From an uncultured Gemmatimonadales bacterium (lineage in GTDB: Bacteria > Gemmatimonadota > Gemmatimonadetes > Gemmatimonadales > GWC2-71-9), in the NCBI GenBank assembly GCA_963695555.1, contig CAVOGR010000007.1:576001-640000 (forward strand): DNA of 64,000 nt, written 5' to 3'. Below, one piece after another: positions 57,948 through 64,000 of this stretch; position 1 is the first letter of the stretch, and each line of letters opens with the position of its first letter. A model generated the notes under the pieces. That model was not told the origin of the DNA and ran no database searches. It worked only from the letters and a program-made list of their open reading frames with translations. Both the position numbers and the translations under genes were made by a program.

Positions 57948-60900
57948 CGCAAGTCTCTGGAGAAAAGGGAAAGCTGGAAGGAAAGGGTGAACTGGATCTG
58001 TGAAGTACGGCGGTTGAGGTGCTTGACGTCGTTGATCGTGTAGCTGAATTGGAAACCCGCGGTCAGGAGCTGCGAGATGTCGGTATTCACGTCGCCCCGG
58101 ACCTCTTGGCGGCGCACATCGGACACGGTCGTGCACTCGCTCCCGCCCCTGAGCAAGAGACACTGAGTGCGGGAGAAATCCAAGGCAAACAGCGATGCCC
58201 GCACGAGCTTCCGCCGCCGGCTGATGTTCTGAGGCAGGCGGAAGGAATAGCTGAGGGTTGCCGTGATGTTCCGATCGTCCGCTTCCGTCGTGTTGCCGCC
58301 GCTTCGCGACGTGCCATCGGTCTTGCCATAGGCCACGTTCATGCTGAGCCCATTGCGGAACACCAGCTGCAGGTCGGGACTCAGCGACGATGAATTGTTG
58401 AGGTTGATCGATGCATTGCCCGCAACCGTGCTCGGCTGCACGGTTGCGCCCTCGCGGCGGCGGTAGCTCGTGCCGATCCCGATGAGCGTCACCGGGCCGC
58501 TGCCGAGCGATTGGGTCCATCGGATGTCGCCGTTCGGCCAGTCGCGCTGGCGGGAATTGGACTCCAGGAAATCTCCGCTCACCCGGGCAAACCGCGACGT
58601 TCTCGACAGCGAATACGACAGGCTGGCGGTCACCCCGAAGGGGAAATTCCAGCCCGAACTCACTGTCGTGATGAGGATTTCCGACGCCCCCAGCGCGGGC
58701 GTCTGCTCCTGGAACAGGAAGTCCCCGAGCCCGCCCAGGCCGAGCTGGTAGGACAGGCGCGGATCGAAGGCCGCGAGGTCGAAGGTCGAGTTTCGGATGC
58801 GGCGGAAGCTGACATCGATCGGCCTGAGGCGCGCGGTGGTGGTGGTGAGGCCGCTGCTGTCGCCGGCGATCAGCCGGACGAGCTGGTTCGGTTCGATCGC
58901 GACACCGATTTCCCGCTGCCGGGAGTTGTTGAGCGTTTGCGGCAACACGAAGGCGCCCGCCGTGTCTCCCTCCACCTGAACCGGCAGCCGGCTCGTCAGG
59001 CTCCGCGACAGAATGAACGAACTGGACGTCGAGAAGCGGGGGCGGAGCCACGATGACACCTTGGGGTTGAGACCCAGCGTCGTCGTGAGGGCGCGGTCGC
59101 GTTCCACGCCGACATCCAGGCCCAGGAATTGGCGGCGGGACTCGCCGGCGAGGCGACCGAGCGAGGTCGAGTCCGAGTACTCGCGGAGGTCTCGGGTGCT
59201 GACCAGGTCGGCGCCGAGAACCAGCATGCCGAAGGGCTGCCAGGTGAGGCCGGCCGAGTTGCGCCACAGATGGGTCAACGATTGCACCGTGGGAATGAGC
59301 CCGTCATCCGGACGCGTTACCGAGACCAGGTACGATGTGCTGTTGGCTTCGTTGCGGGTCAGCTGACTGCGGAATCGAACATTGACCGGCGCCAGGGCGA
59401 ATGTTGCGGTGCGGAGTCCCTTGCCCAGCTCGCTGTTCCGGAACCAGTCGGGCAGCGAGGCGACCAAGCCCCCGAGCGGAAGCCGCGAGCCGCGCCGTTG
59501 CATGGACAGGTTGTAGGCAAGCGTTACCGAGGAAGACTTGGCCGTGGTCTCGGACAATTCGGTGCGGGACCGGCCGTTGGTGAACGAAGCCGCCACCGAC
59601 ACTGGGTCGACGAACCCGCGGGTGACCCAGCCGGTGCCGCGTTCGCGCCGGGCGAGGGACATGGTGTACGTGGCGGTCCACGACTCGGGCGTGCGGAGGC
59701 CGGGTAAGTCCGCGCCGCGGAGATCCGATCCGCTCAACAACTCGAGCCCCACGGTGTTGCGGATGTAGGTGACGGTAGCAGGAACCGCCAACCCCAACGA
59801 CGCCGGCAGGAAGCGATCGAGTTGGACCCGGGACCCGATCTGCAGGCGGTTGGTGGTCCGGAAGGTGGGTTCCTGGCCGATTTGCCGGAACTGTCCGTCC
59901 TGGCGGATGAATCCCACGGAAAGATCGGCCACGTCGGCGGCCGACAGACGCGCCTCGAGGGCCAGGGCCGTGCCGACCTGTGACTCGGGTTCGGTCAGCC
60001 GGATGTCGTCGACCCAGAGTTCGACACTCGAGGTGGCACCGCTTTGGGCCACCCGCAGCGCGCCGGCCGAGACCTCCTGCACCGCCGCCAGATTCGGGGG
60101 GTTGGTTCCCGGATCGAGCACGTGGACCAGATAGGGGCCGTCGCAGGCCACGTACGCCGTCGAATCGCCCAGGCCGCAGGTGCCCGCCCCGCTGGGCGCC
60201 TCGCCCTGCAGCCACCGCACCTCGATCTCGCTCCTGAGCCGCCGCCAGACCTCGAAATCGACGGCCACCTCGGGTTCCCAGGTGGTGGTGCGTGCGTCGG
60301 TCTGGTAGTAGTAGAAGTTATTCTCGTCGCTGCCAAGCTTGATGAAGGCCTTGAGATCGCCGGTGTCCCAGCCGTCCCCGCGACCACGCATCCACACCCT
60401 GAGCTGCCGGTACTTGAGCATGCTCTGGGCACCCGACGGAAAGCGAAGGTACGCTTCCGCCCGCTCGCCCACGTCCACCACATCGGCCAAAATGCGGAGC
60501 GACTTCTCGTTGGCCTGGGTTCCTTGCGCCTCCTGCCCGGCATCCTTGCGGTTGGCACCCTGAATCACGCCGGGCGGCGGCTCATACCCCAAATCCACGT
60601 CTTCGGTCGTCACCGTGGTCGCCACCACTTCCCCATCCGGCAGGCCGACGTTCCCGGCGATCCCGGGCACGGGCGCCTCGGAGCGCCGAATCCACGAGGC
60701 ACCGGTAAACCGTGCCCGCGCAAGGGCGAATCGGGCGACGACATCGGGATCGACGCCGTTGTCCGGGGGGGCAATTGCCGTGATCCGGAGGTGCGGAATC
60801 AGCCGAATATTCGGCGTGCCGATCGTGGCTTCCGGGGTTCGGAGTGGGATTCTAAAGAGACTCCACTTGGACACCCGGCCCTGACTGTCGGACGAGGAAA

Positions 60901-63900
60901 CCCCGTCGCGCACGAAATATTGACTCAGGTCGGTGGGCTCGATCACCCAGCGAAAGACGTTTTCGACGACAGTGGGCGAGTTGAAGTTGAGGAGGTCGTC
61001 GCTGTTCAGGTCTTCGGTGTCGAGCAGGCCGTTCCCGTTGGTGCAGCGACTGCCCAAGTCGCCCCAGGGGAATACCTCGACCGACGTGGTCAACTGGCGC
61101 CGGCAGAGCGCCAGTTCGCCAATGGGGCCCGCCGGCGTCTCGAGGCTGGGCGGCCGGTCACCGAGAATGCCGATGTCGTCGATATCGGCATTGAAGATGC
61201 CGATGGACGAGCGCTCGGTGTCCAACGTCCCCACCCCGACGAATTGGCGGCCGGTATAGGTCGAGTCCGCTCCGTTCACCAGCAGGCTGTCCGGGGCGAC
61301 GGCCAGGGCGTCTTCATCCACATTGCCCAGATCGACCACCAACTGCACGCCGGCGTTCTCGAGCGACTGCCCGCCTTCCCGGAACACCCAGACCTCCAAG
61401 AATTCCGACGTGGAGAGGTCGATGCCCGACGGGCTGAGCGCGGTCGACATGGATCGCCACCGGGGCCGGTTGGGCCGGGCCGGCAAGGTCCAGCGCGAGC
61501 TATTGTCACGCTCGACGACCCCGCCGGCCGTGTCGGCGTGGAACGTCAGGTACATCACCGTCTCCTGCCGCTCGCCGCGCCCGATGATGACGATGTTGGT
61601 GTCAATGTCCTGCGGGCGTATTTCCACCACCTGGCCGTTTTGCAGCACCAGGTTCTGCCAGGTAAGCTGCACGGCGTCGGTGGAATCGAACCCGGCCTGG
61701 AACCCCGGCAGCGTAATGCCGTCGGCGCGCTGGGGGACACTGCCGAATTCCCACGCCGCCTCGCTCAGCGGAATGAGCCGACTCGCGTCCGCCTCGAATT
61801 CCTCGAGGAAGGCCTCGCCAATGCGATTGGCCACGGGCCGCGAGAAGGCGTACTCCGCGTTCAGGTCGAGTCTCGACGGCGCCGTCGTCTCCTGGCTGGT
61901 CAAACTATTGAGGAAACGGGTGATGCCCCGCGGCTCGAAGTGCAGGTCCGCCGTGACGCCGCCGATCAGATTGGCGGTCGGCTCGAATCCCAGGGGCGGA
62001 CGGGTAAAGGCCGTATTCTCTTGCTGATACAGGCCCATGAGATTGATCGAGCCGCGCTGGCCCAGCGAGTAGCGGGTCGTGAGCCCCAGAATGGTGGTGG
62101 GCGCAATGGCGAAGATGCCCCGCTCCTCGAACCGGGCCACGAGCTGCGCTGTGCCCGAGCCGAACAGCACGTCGGGGTTGAGGAAGGTGACCTGCCCCAG
62201 GTCGTAGGAGATCGAATAGTCGACGTCCCGCTCGAGTCGGCGCCCGTTATAGATCAGCGACTCGCTGCCCTCGCGAATCTGGAGCGCATTGAGGTTGAGC
62301 GTGGAGCGGTCCGCGCCGCCCGCCGCCTCATACTGGAGCCGGAACTGGAACTTGGAGGGCGGGCCCTGCGTGCCGAGCACCAGGTACCCGGGCGTCCGGT
62401 AAAGCGAATCGGTCCGCTCCGCGGCGTTGAGCCTGGTCGAGTCCGCGAACGGGGCGAGGTGCGGGAAGATGATGTAGGACTCGCGGATCACCAGATCCGC
62501 GTTGGGGTCGCGAGTCCGGGGGAAGAGCCGATTGTCGATGTCGAACACGTCGGGGTCGGTCGGGATGGCGAGGCCCAACAGCGCCAGGTAGGTGTCCGGC
62601 GGGGCATTTTGCGGTCGTTCCGACCGATTGAGCGACAGATCGACCGTCAGGCTCGAGCGATCGAGGTCGGTCCCGGCAATGCGATAGACCTGCCGCATTT
62701 CGTGCCGGAAGATCTGTTCCTGCGGGCCGGTCTGCGGCCGGACGATCACCACCAGCGTGTCGAGGAACTCGCCGCCGGGACCGAGCCCGCGATCCCGCCG
62801 TGGCTGCGTGCCGAAGCGGATGCCCGAGCGGGTCACATAACTGATGGCGAGGTAGTCGTTATCGGTGCTCAGCTTGGTACCGAGCGCGAACCAGAGGCCG
62901 CTCGGGTCCAGGTAGTAATCGGTGCCCTGGAGCAAAAGCTCCCAGCGCGCGCCGACACCCTCCGAGGTTCCCGGCACGGTCGCGAAGGCGTTGATGCCGG
63001 CCAAGTTCTCGTCGATCCCGATCTTGCCCGCACGCGGCCGATAGCGGTACACCAGCACGTCCTCGGGAGCCACGTCATCAGACACGGGGACTTGGGCCAG
63101 GTTCAGGATATCGACGGCCGGATAGCCCGGCAACGCAACCGGATCGACCACCCAGAAGAACCGGCCGGCCTCGAAGTCCTTATCCCGCTGCTGCCGGTCC
63201 TGCGGCTGGCTGGTGGTGGCCCCGATGGTATAGACCCGCTCGCCCACCACACTGCCCTTCTGGGTTGCGGCAAGAGTCTGGACCTGTACCGGCCCCACCT
63301 CGAACAACGCGTTGACGCCGAAATTGTTGGACGGAATGGCCGCCGTGATGAACCGCGAGGGCGGGGGCCGGAACGTTACCGTGCCGACATCCACCCGCTG
63401 GACGATCTCGTCCTGCAGGCCCTGGTAGTACACCTGGATGTTGTTGTTGGCGTTGAACTCGCGCTGGGAATCGTAGTCGACGTCGACGTGGATGCGCCGA
63501 CCGATCAGCCCACCCGCGAGAATCGAGAATTCGTTGTCGATGCGCGGGGCCTTGAAGCCGCCACGGCAGCCCGAATTCGGGTCGAGCAAGGCGGCGCTGG
63601 TGCACCGTTCGTTGCGGAGCCGGTCGGTCCGGATCTCGAGCCGGGCCTGGCCTTCGAGGTCGAGGTCGGCATACTTCTGGGAGAGTCCGAGGATTCCACG
63701 TTGCTCGGTGGGTTCTAGACCCCGTTCCTTCGCGGGTATCGCAGTCCGGCGGCGGTAGATCGCCAGTAAACGAAGCTGGGTCCGCCGCGCCCGGCGCGCC
63801 TGCTCGAACCGATCGGCCAGGGCACTGTCCCACGCTGCGACGGCACTGCCTGGGGGCGCCCCGAGCCACCGGGCCCGGAAGGCCGGCGGCTCGACCAACC

Positions 63901-64000
63901 GGAGCGACGACGTGTCGAATCGAAGCCGGAGCCGGACGTACGTCGAATCGGCCTGCCCAAAGACAGCGCCCGGTGCGAGCACCAGACCGAGCAGGAGGAG
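57944..64000 (-). CDS. sprA: Very large outer-membrane protein, SprA-like (5'-partial; start lies beyond the window)
   Basis: >2010-aa ORF with signal-peptide tail LLLLGLVLAPGAVFG; VDYDSQREF...YYQGLQDEIVQRVDVG, IREGSE...LERDVDYSISYDLGQVTFL, LDTEDLNSD, LWVDDIRL; C-terminal amphipathic beta strands. Confidence 0.7.
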   Translation of the reverse strand, partial: LLLLGLVLAPGAVFGQADSTYVRLRLRFDTSSLRLVEPPAFRARWLGAPPGSAVAAWDSALADRFEQARRARRTQLRLLAIYRRRTAIPAKERGLEPTEQRGILGLSQKYADLDLEGQARLEIRTDRLRNERCTSAALLDPNSGCRGGFKAPRIDNEFSILAGGLIGRRIHVDVDYDSQREFNANNNIQVYYQGLQDEIVQRVDVGTVTFRPPPSRFITAAIPSNNFGVNALFEVGPVQVQTLAATQKGSVVGERVYTIGATTSQPQDRQQRDKDFEAGRFFWVVDPVALPGYPAVDILNLAQVPVSDDVAPEDVLVYRYRPRAGKIGIDENLAGINAFATVPGTSEGVGARWELLLQGTDYYLDPSGLWFALGTKLSTDNDYLAISYVTRSGIRFGTQPRRDRGLGPGGEFLDTLVVIVRPQTGPQEQIFRHEMRQVYRIAGTDLDRSSLTVDLSLNRSERPQNAPPDTYLALLGLAIPTDPDVFDIDNRLFPRTRDPNADLVIRESYIIFPHLAPFADSTRLNAAERTDSLYRTPGYLVLGTQGPPSKFQFRLQYEAAGGADRSTLNLNALQIREGSESLIYNGRRLERDVDYSISYDLGQVTFLNPDVLFGSGTAQLVARFEERGIFAIAPTTILGLTTRYSLGQRGSINLMGLYQQENTAFTRPPLGFEPTANLIGGVTADLHFEPRGITRFLNSLTSQETTAPSRLDLNAEYAFSRPVANRIGEAFLEEFEADASRLIPLSEAAWEFGSVPQRADGITLPGFQAGFDSTDAVQLTWQNLVLQNGQVVEIRPQDIDTNIVIIGRGERQETVMYLTFHADTAGGVVERDNSSRWTLPARPNRPRWRSMSTALSPSGIDLSTSEFLEVWVFREGGQSLENAGVQLVVDLGNVDEDALAVAPDSLLVNGADSTYTGRQFVGVGTLDTERSSIGIFNADIDDIGILGDRPPSLETPAGPIGELALCRRQLTTSVEVFPWGDLGSRCTNGNGLLDTEDLNSDDLLNFNSPTVVENVFRWVIEPTDLSQYFVRDGVSSSDSQGRVSKWSLFRIPLRTPEATIGTPNIRLIPHLRITAIAPPDNGVDPDVVARFALARARFTGASWIRRSEAPVPGIAGNVGLPDGEVVATTVTTEDVDLGYEPPPGVIQGANRKDAGQEAQGTQANEKSLRILADVVDVGERAEAYLRFPSGAQSMLKYRQLRVWMRGRGDGWDTGDLKAFIKLGSDENNFYYYQTDARTTTWEPEVAVDFEVWRRLRSEIEVRWLQGEAPSGAGTCGLGDSTAYVACDGPYLVHVLDPGTNPPNLAAVQEVSAGALRVAQSGATSSVELWVDDIRLTEPESQVGTALALEARLSAADVADLSVGFIRQDGQFRQIGQEPTFRTTNRLQIGSRVQLDRFLPASLGLAVPATVTYIRNTVGLELLSGSDLRGADLPGLRTPESWTATYTMSLARRERGTGWVTRGFVDPVSVAASFTNGRSRTELSETTAKSSSVTLAYNLSMQRRGSRLPLGGLVASLPDWFRNSELGKGLRTATFALAPVNVRFRSQLTRNEANSTSYLVSVTRPDDGLIPTVQSLTHLWRNSAGLTWQPFGMLVLGADLVSTRDLREYSDSTSLGRLAGESRRQFLGLDVGVERDRALTTTLGLNPKVSSWLRPRFSTSSSFILSRSLTSRLPVQVEGDTAGAFVLPQTLNNSRQREIGVAIEPNQLVRLIAGDSSGLTTTTARLRPIDVSFRRIRNSTFDLAAFDPRLSYQLGLGGLGDFLFQEQTPALGASEILITTVSSGWNFPFGVTASLSYSLSRTSRFARVSGDFLESNSRQRDWPNGDIRWTQSLGSGPVTLIGIGTSYRRREGATVQPSTVAGNASINLNNSSSLSPDLQLVFRNGLSMNVAYGKTDGTSRSGGNTTEADDRNITATLSYSFRLPQNISRRRKLVRASLFALDFSRTQCLLLRGGSECTTVSDVRRQEVRGDVNTDISQLLTAGFQFSYTINDVKHLNRRTSQIQFTLSFQLSLFSRDLR

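Noticed and set aside
60044..63718. 1224-aa plus-strand ORF and other long antisense ORFs (e.g. 47737-49614, 54650-56032)
   Set aside because: Antisense shadows of real genes, expected in high-GC DNA; no recognisable motifs.

Overview
High-GC bacterial chromosomal window; gene content and order (pilMNOPQ, pilBTC, pilSR-pilA, SprA-like barrel, SARP-AAA-TPR regulator) suggest Gemmatimonadota, which is an inference. Most of it is housekeeping and envelope genes on the minus strand: gcvT, argF, hslUV, xerC, trmFO, topA, aroK/aroC, a type IVa pilus cluster with two clear sigma-54 promoters, comEA, an M28 peptidase and a 5'-partial SprA-like gene. Two accessory regions stand out. (1) At 0.6-11.2 kb lies a c-di-GMP locus: an Fe-S/hydrogenase-like GGDEF cyclase, a conserved hypothetical gene, an unannotated 27-aa peptide ending GVVWN inside a long-range RNA helix, and a membrane HD-GYP phosphodiesterase with a frameshifted sensor domain. 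It converges on a SARP-AAA-TPR regulator whose C-terminus is compositionally foreign. This is my best candidate for an undescribed peptide-sensing system. (2) At 14-22.4 kb lies an island with a lipoprotein carrying a Cys/His/Asp repeat loop, a sigma-54 activator with Cys in place of the phospho-Asp, and a stand-alone copy of that activator's DNA-binding helix-turn-helix. Several single-base frameshifts, some in homopolymers, suggest long-read consensus errors. I saw no rRNA, tRNA, CRISPR array or IS element.
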